NCBI GenBank assembly: GCA_963776345.1
Contig: CAVZMH010000020.1
Span: 1 to 64,000, forward strand
Length of the DNA: 64,000 nucleotides
Reading direction: 5' to 3'
Origin: an uncultured delta proteobacterium
GTDB taxonomy: Bacteria > Myxococcota > Myxococcia > Myxococcales > Myxococcaceae
Position 1 is the first letter of the stretch. Each line of letters starts with the position of its first letter. The position numbers were made by a program, and so were the translations under genes. Of the stretch, positions 37,584 to 48,452 are shown piece by piece. The notes under the pieces are model-generated. The model made no database searches and was not told where the DNA came from. It saw only the letters and a list, made by a program, of their open reading frames with translations.

Positions 37584-37613
37584 TCTCTAGAAGCGCTCAA
37601 AGAACAACGGCGA

Positions 37614-37700
37614 CGGAGGAAGTAGGATTCGAACCTACGAAGGGCGTGAACCCTTGGCGGTTTTCAAGACCGCTGCCTTCAGCCGCTCGGCCATTCCTCC
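37614..37700 (-). tRNA. tRNA-Ser(TGA)
   Basis: Anticodon arm GCGGT-CTTGAAA-ACCGC and long variable arm. No encoded CCA. Confidence 0.95.
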
Positions 37701-37795
37701 CGGGGGTGAGCCCACTGCAGGCGACCCTTCCCGGGCCAAAAAGGGCCGCCTTCATACTCGATTCGCCCCCCGTTGCAACCCAGGGGGGGCGGACG

Positions 37796-39100
<1,305 letters not shown>

Positions 39101-42100
39101 CTACTTGGACAGGTAGTAGATCTCGTCCTCGATGTCCTTCTTGTCCTTCGCGTCCGGCGTCTTGGCCAGGTAGTTCTGGAAGGCGTTCACCGCCTCGCGC
39201 TTCTTGCCGCGCTCCTTCAAGGCGTAGCCGAGGTGGTACCAGGCCTGGGCGTTGTCCGGGCTGGCCGAGAGGGCCTTCTGGTAGAAGGCGATGGCCTTGT
39301 CGTACTGGCCCATCTCGCTGTGGGCCCGGCCGAGCCGGTAGTAGAGCCCGGTGATGCTCGGGTCGGTCTTCAGCGCGGCCTGATAGCTGGCGACGGCCTG
39401 GGTCCACTTTCCCGCCTGGAAGTGCGCGTCGCCGATGCTCCCCAGCACCCGGGCCCGCCCCGGGTCGGCCTTGAGCGCCGCCTCGAAGGCCGCGATGGCG
39501 TCCTTGTAGCGGCCGGCCTCGAGGTAGGCCTGGCCCATCGCCTCCCAGGCGTCGGCGTAACCGGGGTCGAGCTTCACCGCCTGCCGCCACGCCTCGATCG
39601 CCTCGGGCACCTTCCCCGAGCCGCGGAGGATCTGCCCCAGCTCGTGGTGGTACGCGGCGCGGGTGGGCGCCCGGTCGAGCGCGGCGCGGATGGACTCCAG
39701 CGCCAGGCTCCAGTCGGCCTTCTTGTCGTGCACCCGGGCCATCCAGAAGTTCGCCTCGGGGTTGCCGGGCTCGGTCCGCAGCACGCCCGAGAGGAGCGTG
39801 GCCGCGGTGTCGGTGTCGCCCTGCTCGAAGCGCACCGCCGCCAGCGCCACCTCGAGCTTGCTGTTGGGCCCGGCGCTCCGGGCGGCCTCGAGCTCCTTGG
39901 CCGCCCCGTCCAGCTCACCGAGCTTCCAAAGCGCCAGGCCGTGGACGAAGTGGCCGTCCGCCACGTCGGGGTCGAGCGAGAGCGCCTTCTCGGCGTGGGC
40001 CCGCGCCTCCTTCCACGACCTGCGCTCCAGCGCCAGGCGCGCCCGCGCCACCCAGGCGTCGGGCATCTCGGGAGCGAGGCTGGTGGCGCGCTCGAACTCG
40101 GTCTGGGCGCTGGCCAGCTCGCCGGTGGCCAGGGCGAGGTCCCCGAGCCCCAGCCGGAGCCGCGCGTCCTGCGGCCGCTTCTCGGTGACCACGGTGAGCG
40201 CCGCGCGCGCATCGTCTGTCCGCCGCTGCCGGAGGTAGAGCCGCGCGAGCCCCAGCGCCGCGTCCAGGTCCGCCGGGTCGAGCTTGCTCGCTGCCTTGTA
40301 GCTGTCCTCGGCGTCGGTGATCCGGTCGAGCAGCTCCTGCGCCCGGGCCACCACCAGGGCCGTCGGCTCGTCCTTGGGGAAGGCCGAGCGGGCCTTCGCC
40401 GCCGCGGCGAGCGCCTCCTCCGACTTCTTGAGCGCGGCCAGCGACTGGACCTGTCCGGAGGCCCACACCGGATTCTCGGGCTCGCCGGCGACTGCCGCCT
40501 CCCACAGGGGGAGCGCCTTCTCGTCCTGCTTCAGCGCCGCGTACGCCCGGGCCAGGGTGCCCTTGGCGAACACCGAGCTCGGGTCCGCCTTCACCGCCTC
40601 CTCGAGACCGGCCACCGCATCCGCGGGCTTGCCGAGCTGGAGCATCGCCGCGCCGCGGAGCGCGAGGCCCCGGGCCCGCTCGGGGCGAGCGAGCGCCCCG
40701 GCGTCGGCGAGCGCTGGCTCGAGCGCCTTCAGGGTGGCCTGCGCCTCCTTCCGGCCGAGCGCCAGCTGGGCGAGCTCGAGCGCCGAGGACAGGTGCTGCG
40801 GGGCGACCTTGAGCGCGGCCTCGAAGTCAGCCTGGGCCTTGTCCGGCTTCTTCAGCTTCAGATGAAGGAGCCCCAGCGCGTGCCAGCCCGCCCCGGACGG
40901 CGCGTTCTTCACCGAGGTGTCGAGCACCTGGGCGGCCTCGCCGGCCTGGCCCTGCTGGAGGAGCGCCTCGGCCTCGAGCAGCGGGCCGTCGGGGTCCAGC
41001 TTGGCCGAGCGGATGAGCGCGAGCGCGGCGTCGGGCTGCCTGCCGAGGAGCGCCTGGCCGATCTCGGCCCTCAGCCGCTCGGGGTTGCCGCGGGGCAGGA
41101 CCTTGAGGTCCTCGAGCGCGGCCCCCGCCTGGGCGACCAGCGCCGGGTCGGCGGTTCCCCAGCGGCGCTGCTCGAGGAAGACGGACTGCGCCCAGACGGC
41201 GCGCACCTCGGGGTAGGCGCGGCGGGCGAGCAGGCCCTCCAGCGCGGCCCGCCCCTTCCTGAGCCCGGGCCAGGTGTCCTCGGCCAGCGCGGCGCGCGCC
41301 TCGGCGAAGCTCTTGCCCTCGGCCGAGCTGGCCGAGACGTGGGCCGGGAACAACCAGCGGAGCCCGAACGCGCCGTACTGGGTGAAGCCGAGGCTGGCCC
41401 CGGCGCCGATGAGCGCGAGCACCCCGAGCACCCCGGCGCCGGCCATCAGGAGCCGCTTCCGCCTGCGCGCCTGGGCGTCGCCGTCCACGACGCTGACCAC
41501 CGCCATCCGGCCGCCGTAGGCCTGGGCGAGCTGGTCGAGGTCGAGCCGGGGCGGCGGCGCGGGGGCGGCGGCGGGGCGCGGGGCGGGCGCCGACGCGGGC
41601 GCGGCCACCAGCCGCTGCATCGCCTGGGCGAAGGTGGGGACGGCGGCCATCCCGCTCCAGCCCTCGCCGTCGGTGGAGACCTCCTCGCTTCCGAGGAGCT
41701 GCCCATCCTCGAGCATCTTCACGATGACGCCCGGCTCGAAGGGGCCGAACACCTTCCCGCTCCTCCGGCGCACGTGGTACCGGGTGAGGCGTCCGGTGCG
41801 CGGGCGGATCTCCTTCGCCGCCTCGTCCAGGAAGCCCAGCACCTCGAGCCCGTCCTCCGCGGGGCGCACCGTGGCAGGCAGCGGCCTGGAGAGGTCGGCC
41901 TCCAGGTCCTCGGGCGCGGGCCGGCTGGGGTCGAACTCCAGCGGGTCCGACGGCGGGCCGCCCTCGAGCTCCTTGAGCGCGTGGGTCTTGGGCAGGTTGG
42001 AGAGGTCGAGCATCTCCGGCGCGGCCGGAGCGGGCTCGGTCCAGGTCACCTCGTCGCCGCCGGGCAGCGGATCGTCCGCGGGGATGGGGAGCGCGGTGGC

Positions 42101-42874
42101 GTTGGCGTCGTCCCCGCCGAGGTCGACCGTGCCGAACTCGGGGGAGCGCCCGCCGTCCCACGGCTCGGCGACGTCGGGATCATGCCCCCCGGCGGCCGCT
42201 GGCTCGGCGGGGGTCACCGGCTCGGCGGGTTCGGGCGGGGTGTCCTCGTGCAGCGGCTCGGCGCCATAGGAGCCGTCGAGGCCGTCGTCGAGCGCGTCGG
42301 CCCCGGCGCCTGCGTCCGAAAGCGCCGCGTCGTCGAAGCCGGCCTCCTCGAAGCCGGGGAGCGGAGCGTCGGGCGGAACGGCCGGCGGCGGGACCGCCGC
42401 GCCGGTCCGGGAGGGCGCGGAAGGCGCAGGCAGCTCCACCCGCGCAGTCGGCGCCGGCGCGACCACGGTGCGCTCGGCTCGACGCGCAGGAATGGCCGGG
42501 GGAACGGCGGTCACTGGCGGGACGCCGGCCGGCGTCGCCGAGTGGGCGGGAGGCAGGGGGATGGCCCCGGTGGTGAGCGACTCGGCGACGGGCGGAGCCT
42601 CGGGCGCGCGCGCGGTGATCCGCGGCAGCGGCCCCTGCGCGGCGCCGGCCGGGGGCAGGTCCAGCCCCGGCAGGGGCACCGCACCTTCGTCGAGCCGGAC
42701 GCCGACGGACGACGCGGGCGCACGCGCGCGCGGGGGCGGAGCCGCCGCCCCCTCCGGAAGACGGAGGGGAATCAGCGTCTGGCAGGAGCTGCACTTGAGC
42801 TTGGCGCCGCCGGGAGGGATTCGCCGCTCGTCGATGTTGTACGCCGTCTGGCAGGACGGACAGGTGACGCGCAT
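39101..42874 (-). CDS. Membrane protein: MJ0042-type zinc ribbon, acidic/Pro linker, GYF_2 domain, TM, periplasmic TPRs
   Basis: MRVTCPSCQTAYNIDERRIPPGGAKLKCSSCQ, YHVRRRSGKVFGPF...W...VPTF, TM LLMAGAGVLGVLALIGAG, then many TPRs. Confidence 0.85.
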   Translation of the reverse strand: MRVTCPSCQTAYNIDERRIPPGGAKLKCSSCQTLIPLRLPEGAAAPPPRARAPASSVGVRLDEGAVPLPGLDLPPAGAAQGPLPRITARAPEAPPVAESLTTGAIPLPPAHSATPAGVPPVTAVPPAIPARRAERTVVAPAPTARVELPAPSAPSRTGAAVPPPAVPPDAPLPGFEEAGFDDAALSDAGAGADALDDGLDGSYGAEPLHEDTPPEPAEPVTPAEPAAAGGHDPDVAEPWDGGRSPEFGTVDLGGDDANATALPIPADDPLPGGDEVTWTEPAPAAPEMLDLSNLPKTHALKELEGGPPSDPLEFDPSRPAPEDLEADLSRPLPATVRPAEDGLEVLGFLDEAAKEIRPRTGRLTRYHVRRRSGKVFGPFEPGVIVKMLEDGQLLGSEEVSTDGEGWSGMAAVPTFAQAMQRLVAAPASAPAPRPAAAPAPPPRLDLDQLAQAYGGRMAVVSVVDGDAQARRRKRLLMAGAGVLGVLALIGAGASLGFTQYGAFGLRWLFPAHVSASSAEGKSFAEARAALAEDTWPGLRKGRAALEGLLARRAYPEVRAVWAQSVFLEQRRWGTADPALVAQAGAALEDLKVLPRGNPERLRAEIGQALLGRQPDAALALIRSAKLDPDGPLLEAEALLQQGQAGEAAQVLDTSVKNAPSGAGWHALGLLHLKLKKPDKAQADFEAALKVAPQHLSSALELAQLALGRKEAQATLKALEPALADAGALARPERARGLALRGAAMLQLGKPADAVAGLEEAVKADPSSVFAKGTLARAYAALKQDEKALPLWEAAVAGEPENPVWASGQVQSLAALKKSEEALAAAAKARSAFPKDEPTALVVARAQELLDRITDAEDSYKAASKLDPADLDAALGLARLYLRQRRTDDARAALTVVTEKRPQDARLRLGLGDLALATGELASAQTEFERATSLAPEMPDAWVARARLALERRSWKEARAHAEKALSLDPDVADGHFVHGLALWKLGELDGAAKELEAARSAGPNSKLEVALAAVRFEQGDTDTAATLLSGVLRTEPGNPEANFWMARVHDKKADWSLALESIRAALDRAPTRAAYHHELGQILRGSGKVPEAIEAWRQAVKLDPGYADAWEAMGQAYLEAGRYKDAIAAFEAALKADPGRARVLGSIGDAHFQAGKWTQAVASYQAALKTDPSITGLYYRLGRAHSEMGQYDKAIAFYQKALSASPDNAQAWYHLGYALKERGKKREAVNAFQNYLAKTPDAKDKKDIEDEIYYLSK

Positions 42875-42937
42875 GGGAAGAGCACCGGAGGCTAGCAGAC
42901 TGCCCAGGGGTTCACGTGCTAGGCGAACCGTTCGATC

Positions 42938-44257
42938 GTGAGCGGGAACACCCACATCCGACCCGTGCTCATCCTCGGCGGCGGCCTCGCCGGACTGTCC
43001 ACGGCGTTCCACCTCCGGAGGCCCTGGCTCCTGGTGGAGAAGGAGTCGCGCGTCGGAGGGCTGGTCCGGACCGAGCTGATGCACGGCGGCTTCCGCTTCG
43101 ACCCCACCGGCCACTGGCTGCACCTGCGCGACCCGGGGATGAGGGCGCTGGTGCACGAGCAGCTGCTCCCGGACGGGCTGGTCACCGTCGCCCGGAGAGC
43201 GGCGGTCTTCACCCGGGGCGTGTTCACCCGGTTTCCCTACCAGGTGAACACCCATGGGCTCCCGGCCGAGGTGGTGGCGGAGAACCTACTCGGCTTCGTC
43301 GAGGCGACGCTCGGTGAGGGCGGGCGAGCGCTCCGCGAGCGCGAGCCGGCCAACTTCGAGGAGTTCATCCTCCGGCACCTCGGCGCGGGCTTCGCCCGGA
43401 ACTTCATGGTGCCCTACAACACCAAGCTCTTCGGCGTGCCGCCGCGTGAGCTGAGCGCGGCCTGGTGCGGCCGCTTCGTGCCGAAGCCGACGCTCAAGGA
43501 GGTGGTGGACGGCGCGCTCGGCCTGGGCTCGGACGCGCTGGGCTACAACGCGAGCTTCGTCTACCCGAAGGAGGGCGGCATCGAGGGGCTGGCCCGGGCG
43601 CTCCACGGCGTGTTGACCGGCGGCGAGGTGCGGGTCTCGACCGAGCCCACCTCGCTCGACTGGGAGCGGCGAATGGCGCGGTTGTCGGACGGCAGCGAGG
43701 TGCGCTGGTCCGGGCTGGTCTCGACGGTGCCGCTCCCGCTCCTGGTGGACCTGCTCCACCTGGTGCCGGACGAGGTGCGCGCCGCGGCGGGGAAGCTCCG
43801 GGCGACGGACGTGACGTGGGTGGCGGTGGGCGTGCGCGGCCCGAACGCGCAGCCCTGGCACTGGGTCTACACGCCCGAGCCCGAGCTCACGACCTACCGC
43901 ATCGGCTCGCCCTCGGCGGTGTTCCCCGGGACGGCGCCGGCCGGGACCTCGTCGTTCTACGTGGAGTACTCCGGCCCCCGCTCTCCCCAGGCGTGCGCCG
44001 GGGCGGCGGTGGAGGACCTGGTTCGTGCGAGGATGATCCGGAGCGCGGCCGAGGTGCTCTTCGCCGAGCCGCGCGTCATCCGGAACGCCTACGTGCTCTA
44101 CGACGCCCACTACGGACAGGCCCGCCAGACGGTGATCGACTTCCTCGCCCAGGTGGGGATCCGCACCGCGGGGCGCTACGGCAACTGGGAGTACTCGTCG
44201 ATGGAGGACGCGCTGCTCGGGGGGCGCGCGGCTGCGGAGCAGGTCGAGCGCGCGTGA
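42938..44257 (+). CDS. FAD-dependent oxidoreductase (HemY-like / UDP-galactopyranose-mutase-like)
   Basis: ILGGGLAGL, EKESRVGGL, FDPTGHWLH, PYNTK, FVYPKEGG and GRYGNWEYSSMED. Confidence 0.8.
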   Translation: MSGNTHIRPVLILGGGLAGLSTAFHLRRPWLLVEKESRVGGLVRTELMHGGFRFDPTGHWLHLRDPGMRALVHEQLLPDGLVTVARRAAVFTRGVFTRFPYQVNTHGLPAEVVAENLLGFVEATLGEGGRALREREPANFEEFILRHLGAGFARNFMVPYNTKLFGVPPRELSAAWCGRFVPKPTLKEVVDGALGLGSDALGYNASFVYPKEGGIEGLARALHGVLTGGEVRVSTEPTSLDWERRMARLSDGSEVRWSGLVSTVPLPLLVDLLHLVPDEVRAAAGKLRATDVTWVAVGVRGPNAQPWHWVYTPEPELTTYRIGSPSAVFPGTAPAGTSSFYVEYSGPRSPQACAGAAVEDLVRARMIRSAAEVLFAEPRVIRNAYVLYDAHYGQARQTVIDFLAQVGIRTAGRYGNWEYSSMEDALLGGRAAAEQVERA

Positions 44258-44970
44258 TGGCTGCCCCACGGCTGACCGTGGTCATCCCGGTCTACAACGA
44301 GGAGCGCATCCTCCCCTCGGCGCTGGCGGAGCTCACCGCCGGGCTGGAGAGCCGCCGGCTCGACTACGAGGTGGTGCTCGCCGAGAACGGCTCCACCGAC
44401 GGGACGCCGGCGCTGCTCGACCAGCTCACCGCGACGAATCCCCGCCTCCGCTGGTTTCACTGCGCCACCCCCAACTACGGCGCGGCGCTGAAGCAGGGGA
44501 TGCTGGAGGCACGGGGCGAGATCGTGTTCTGCGACGAGATCGACCTCTGTCACCTCAGCTTCTACGACAGCGCGCTCGGGCTGCTCGCCGATCCGACGCT
44601 GGATCTGGTGGTGGGGAGCAAGGCCTCGCGGGGAGCGGTGGACCGCCGTCCGCTCATCCGCCGGGTGGCGACGCGGGTCCACAACGGCCTGCTCCGGCTC
44701 CTGCTGGGGTTCCAGGGCACGGACACCCATGGGCTGAAGGCCTTCCGGCGCGAGCGGCTGCTCCCCGTGGTCCGCGCCTGCGTGGTGGACCGGGACGTCT
44801 TCGCCTCCGAGTTCGTGGTGCGGGCCTGGCGGGGCGGGTTCCGGGTGCTGGAGATCCCCATCCAGCTCGCGGAGAAGCGCGAGCCCTCCATCAATCTCAT
44901 GAAGCGAGTGCCCAACGTGCTCCGGCAGGTGGCGAAGCTGGTGTGGGTCATCCGGGTGCGAGGCGGCTGA
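44257..44970 (+). CDS. GT2 glycosyltransferase (polyprenol-phosphate sugar synthase-like)
   Basis: VVIPVYNEE, ENGSTDGT, YGAALKQG, EID and DTHGLKAFRR. Confidence 0.88.
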   Translation: MAAPRLTVVIPVYNEERILPSALAELTAGLESRRLDYEVVLAENGSTDGTPALLDQLTATNPRLRWFHCATPNYGAALKQGMLEARGEIVFCDEIDLCHLSFYDSALGLLADPTLDLVVGSKASRGAVDRRPLIRRVATRVHNGLLRLLLGFQGTDTHGLKAFRRERLLPVVRACVVDRDVFASEFVVRAWRGGFRVLEIPIQLAEKREPSINLMKRVPNVLRQVAKLVWVIRVRGG

Positions 44971-44977
44971 GCGGCGG

Positions 44978-45946
44978 ATGCCCGGGCTGGCCTCCATCTC
45001 GGTGGACCTGGACGGGCTCGGGCACTACGCGGCCATCCACGGCCTCGACGCGGGGGAGGTGTCCGCCGAGGCCCGCGCGCTGGTGCACCAGGTCGCGGTG
45101 CCGCGCTTCGCCGGGCTCCTCGAGGGCGTGGGCGGACGGGGCACGCTGTTCGTCATCGGCGGCGAGGTGGACGAGGCGGCGCGCGGGCCGCTGGGCCAGG
45201 CGCTCCGTGGCGGACACGAGCTGGCGAGCCACAGCCACGCGCACGACTACGCGCTGTCCCGCGCCGCGCCGGAGGACATCGACCGGGACCTCGCCCGGGC
45301 CGAGGGGGTGCTCTCCGGGCTGGGCGCGCCCGGGCCGCTCGGGTTCCGCGCGCCCGGGTACACGCTCTCGCCGGCCCTGCTCCAGGCCCTGGCCGCCCGC
45401 GGCTACGCCTACGACGCGAGCATCTTCCCCGCCGCGCCGTACTGGGCGGCCAAGGCGCTGACCCTGGGGTGGCTCCGGCTCCGTGGCCGGCGCTCGGCGG
45501 CCATCCTCGACAGCCCCCGCGTCTTGCTGGCGCCGCGGCTGCCCTACCGGCCGGACCTCGCGCGGCCCGAGCGGCGGGGGACGGCGCCCCTGCTCGAGCT
45601 GCCGATGTCAGTGACGCCGGGGGGACGGGTCCCCTTCATCGGGACCTTCGTGGTGCTCGCTCCCTGGCCGATGGTGCGCGGTGCGTACGCCCGGCTCCGG
45701 AAGGGGCCGTTCCTCTCGCTCGAGCTGCACGCGGTGGACCTCCTGGGCCCCGAGGACGGGCTCCCGGCAGCGGTCGGCCGCTCCCAGCCGGACCTCCGGC
45801 TCCCCCTGGCGATGAAGCTCGGCCGGCTCCGCGAGGTGCTGGAGTGGGCGGCGCGGGACTTCGAGCTCGTGCCGCTCCGGGAGGCCGCCCGGTCGCTGGA
45901 CGGACCGGGCACGTCCCCAGTTCCCGCGGACGCCGCGCGCAACTAG
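44978..45946 (+). CDS. Polysaccharide deacetylase family protein
   Basis: SVDLD, TLFVIG, HELASHSHAH, GFRAPGY, YDAS and LHAVD. Confidence 0.88.
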   Translation: MPGLASISVDLDGLGHYAAIHGLDAGEVSAEARALVHQVAVPRFAGLLEGVGGRGTLFVIGGEVDEAARGPLGQALRGGHELASHSHAHDYALSRAAPEDIDRDLARAEGVLSGLGAPGPLGFRAPGYTLSPALLQALAARGYAYDASIFPAAPYWAAKALTLGWLRLRGRRSAAILDSPRVLLAPRLPYRPDLARPERRGTAPLLELPMSVTPGGRVPFIGTFVVLAPWPMVRGAYARLRKGPFLSLELHAVDLLGPEDGLPAAVGRSQPDLRLPLAMKLGRLREVLEWAARDFELVPLREAARSLDGPGTSPVPADAARN

Positions 45947-46044
45947 GTCAGGGCGGCCGCGCTCGGGGTCCGGGTAGGGTTGGTCTGGCGGGCTGCAGTC
46001 GGCGGGGTCACGGCGGCCGCAGTCAGCTAAAAGGGCCCCGGGCC

Positions 46045-46893
46045 ATGTTCGAGCGCTTGAGCGAGGAGACGAGGAAGCGGCTGAAGCGGCTCACCCTGGA
46101 GCTGGCCGGGGACCGCGGTCCGGCGCTCGAGGCGATGGCCCACCACAGCACCGGCGAGTTCGGCGTGGACCCGTTCGGCTTCGACCCGGACTACGCGCTC
46201 TCGGCCATCGCGCCCTTCGTTTGGCTGTACAAGAAGTACTTCCGGGCGGAGACCCACGGCATCGAGCGGGTGCCCTCGGGGCGGGTGTTCCTGGTGGGCA
46301 ACCACGCCGGGCAGATCCCGATCGACGGGGCGATGGTGGGCGTGGCGATGCTCGTCGATCACGACCCGCCGCGGCTGGTGCGGGCGATGACCGAGAAGTG
46401 GGCCGCCTCGCTGCCCTACATCTCGACGCTGTTCGCCCGGAGCGGGCAGATCGTCGGCACGCCCGAGAACTGCCGTCGCCTCCTCCAGAGGGACGAGGCG
46501 GTGATGGTCTTCCCCGAGGGCGTGCCAGGCATCAGCAAGCTCTGGCCCGAGCGCTACCAGCTCAAGGACTTCGGCCTCGGCTTCATGCGGCTGGCGCTGG
46601 AGACGGCCACCCCCATCGTGCCGGTGGCGATCATCGGCTCGGAGGAGCAGGCCCCCGCGGTGCTGAACCTCCGCTCGGTGGGCAAGCTGATCGGCTTCCC
46701 GGCGCTCCCGGTGACGGTGACGCCGATTCCGCTCCCCACCAAGTACCGGCTCTACTTCGGGGACCCGCTGGTCTTCTCCGGGAGCGCGGACGACGAGGAC
46801 GCCGAGCTGGACAAGAAGGTCCGGGTGGTGAAGACCACCCTGCAGGGACTGCTCCAGCAGGGCCTCGAGGAGCGGCAGCACGTCTTCTGGTGA
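46045..46893 (+). CDS. Lysophospholipid/glycerol acyltransferase (PlsC family)
   Basis: NHAGQIPID (HxxxxxD variant), FPEG and PIVPVAIIG. Confidence 0.88.
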   Translation: MFERLSEETRKRLKRLTLELAGDRGPALEAMAHHSTGEFGVDPFGFDPDYALSAIAPFVWLYKKYFRAETHGIERVPSGRVFLVGNHAGQIPIDGAMVGVAMLVDHDPPRLVRAMTEKWAASLPYISTLFARSGQIVGTPENCRRLLQRDEAVMVFPEGVPGISKLWPERYQLKDFGLGFMRLALETATPIVPVAIIGSEEQAPAVLNLRSVGKLIGFPALPVTVTPIPLPTKYRLYFGDPLVFSGSADDEDAELDKKVRVVKTTLQGLLQQGLEERQHVFW

Positions 46894-46903
46894 GCGGCCA
46901 GCC

Positions 46904-47851
46904 ATGAGCCCCGAGTCACGACAGGTGGTGGTGGTCACCGGGCTCAGCGGGAACCTGGGCCGCACCCTGACCAAGCTGCTCCACCGGACCGAGCGCATCG
47001 TCGGCCTCGACCGCCGGCCGTTCCCCGGCGCACCCAAGGACGTGGAGCTCTTCCAGCTCGACCTCCGCAAGAAGAAGGCCGAGGACGTCTTCCGCATCCA
47101 CGAGGTGAAGGCGGTCATCCACATGGGGATCATGCACGACCCCCGGATGTCCTCCGAGGAGCACCACTCGTTCAACGTGGTGGGCACCACCCGCGTCCTG
47201 GACGCGGTGGCGAAGTACGGGGTGAAGAAGGTGGTGGTGCTCTCCTCGGCCGACGTCTACGGCCCGAGCCCGGACAACTCGAACTTCCTCACCGAGGACG
47301 CGCCCCTGATGGCGGCCTCGCGCTTCTCGGGCGTCCGCGACCTGATCGAGGTCGACATGCTCGCCCACGGCTTCTTCTGGCGGCACCCGGACATCGAAAC
47401 GGTCATCCTCCGGCCGGTGCACATCTTGGGGCCGACCATCCGGAACGCGCCGTCGAACTACCTGCGCCTGCGCCACCCCTGGGTGCTGGCGGGGTTCGAC
47501 CCGATGCTGCAGCTCATCCACCAGGAGGACGCCGCGCGGGCGATGGTCGAGGCGCTCAGGCCGGGGCTGAGGGGCGTCTACAACGTCGTTGGTCCGGGTG
47601 AGGTGCCGCTGTCCGCCGTGCTCCGCGAGCTCGGGCGGACGCCCATCCCCGTACCGCATCCCCTCGCCCGCCCGCTGCTGGGCGCGCTGTTCCGCTACCG
47701 GCTGGCCAACTTCCCGCCCCCGGAGCTGGACCACATCCAGTTCCTCTGCATGGTGGACGGCAGCCGCTGGCGCGCCGACGTGGGCTGGGTGCCCCAGCAC
47801 TCGATGAAGGACACCATCCGCTCGGTGGACGGCGAGCGGGCCGCGGCGTAG
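46904..47851 (+). CDS. NAD-dependent epimerase/dehydratase (extended SDR)
   Basis: VTGLSGNLG, NVVGT, SSADVYG and QLIHQED. Confidence 0.88.
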   Translation: MSPESRQVVVVTGLSGNLGRTLTKLLHRTERIVGLDRRPFPGAPKDVELFQLDLRKKKAEDVFRIHEVKAVIHMGIMHDPRMSSEEHHSFNVVGTTRVLDAVAKYGVKKVVVLSSADVYGPSPDNSNFLTEDAPLMAASRFSGVRDLIEVDMLAHGFFWRHPDIETVILRPVHILGPTIRNAPSNYLRLRHPWVLAGFDPMLQLIHQEDAARAMVEALRPGLRGVYNVVGPGEVPLSAVLRELGRTPIPVPHPLARPLLGALFRYRLANFPPPELDHIQFLCMVDGSRWRADVGWVPQHSMKDTIRSVDGERAAA

Positions 47852-48042
47852 CAGCTCCACGGCCGCCCCGGCGGGGGGGAGAGCGACGCGCGGCCCCGGG
47901 TGCGTTGAACGGACTCGTGTCCTGCCCTGAGGACGTCGGGGTCTTGGGGGCGCGAGCGCTCGCCCACGACCGGGCGGCCTCCGCGATCCGGGGCGCTCCG
48001 GGGATGCACGGGTCGCCCGCCGGCCGAACCGAAGTCGTCGAT

Positions 48043-48097
48043 AGAAAGGAAACTCACCTGTCTATTCCCGCGAAATAGACAGGTGAGTTTCCTTTCT
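48043..48097. repeat. AT-rich perfect palindrome (24-bp arms, 7-nt loop)
   Basis: AGAAAGGAAACTCACCTGTCTATT-CCCGCGA-AATAGACAGGTGAGTTTCCTTTCT. Confidence 0.85.
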
Positions 48098-48349
48098 TCC
48101 TCGTGCCCCTCGGAGCGCCCGGAGCCACTCCCTCCGTGGCAACCTGCCACCGCCCGGAGCTCGGGCCAGCCACGCGCCCCGGCACCCAGGGTCCGATCTT
48201 CCGGGGAAGCCCGGCTCTCCCTGGGCAGCGCAGGCGCTTCGGCAGTCGTCACGACGACCGCGACAACAATGTCGTGGTTCGGGGCGCGGGTCACTCAGAC
48301 TCCGAGGAAACTCGGCAGCCAATATCCTGAAATCACCCGGGATGCCGCG

Positions 48350-48365
48350 TGGCACCCGCCTTGCT
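48350..48365 (+). promoter_or_regulatory. Sigma-54 (-24/-12) promoter
   Basis: TGGCAC-CCGCC-TTGCT, an exact match to TGGCAC-N5-TTGCW. Upstream lie an IHF-like site (48320-48332) and the palindrome CGACA-N4-TGTCG (48261-48274). Confidence 0.7.
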
Positions 48366-48375
48366 CACTCCTGAA

Positions 48376-48452
48376 CCCGTGAGGGCGTCCCATCGGGGGA
48401 CGCCCGACGCCCACCGTCCCGGCCGGCCCCGGGGCGGTGGGCGCTTTTATTT
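48376..48452 (+). ncRNA. Candidate sigma-54-dependent small RNA (~75 nt)
   Basis: Begins about 12 nt after the -12 box. Hairpin 1 is GGGCGTCCC-ATCGG-GGGACGCCC; hairpin 2 is followed by CTTTTATTT. No ORF. Confidence 0.55.
48408..48452 (+). terminator. Rho-independent terminator
   Basis: CGCCCACCGTCCCGG-CCGGCC-CCGGGGCGGTGGGCG followed by CTTTTATTT, overlapping the stop of the convergent lipoprotein gene. Confidence 0.7.

Noticed and set aside
37614..37700. Possible tRNA-Sec, given the selenoprotein
   Set aside because: The anticodon reads TGA (decodes UCA, Ser), not TCA, and the acceptor stem and D-arm are ordinary tRNA-Ser.
36638..37700. Integrated element at the tRNA cluster
   Set aside because: No integrase, no duplicated tRNA 3' end, and no compositional shift in the flanking genes.
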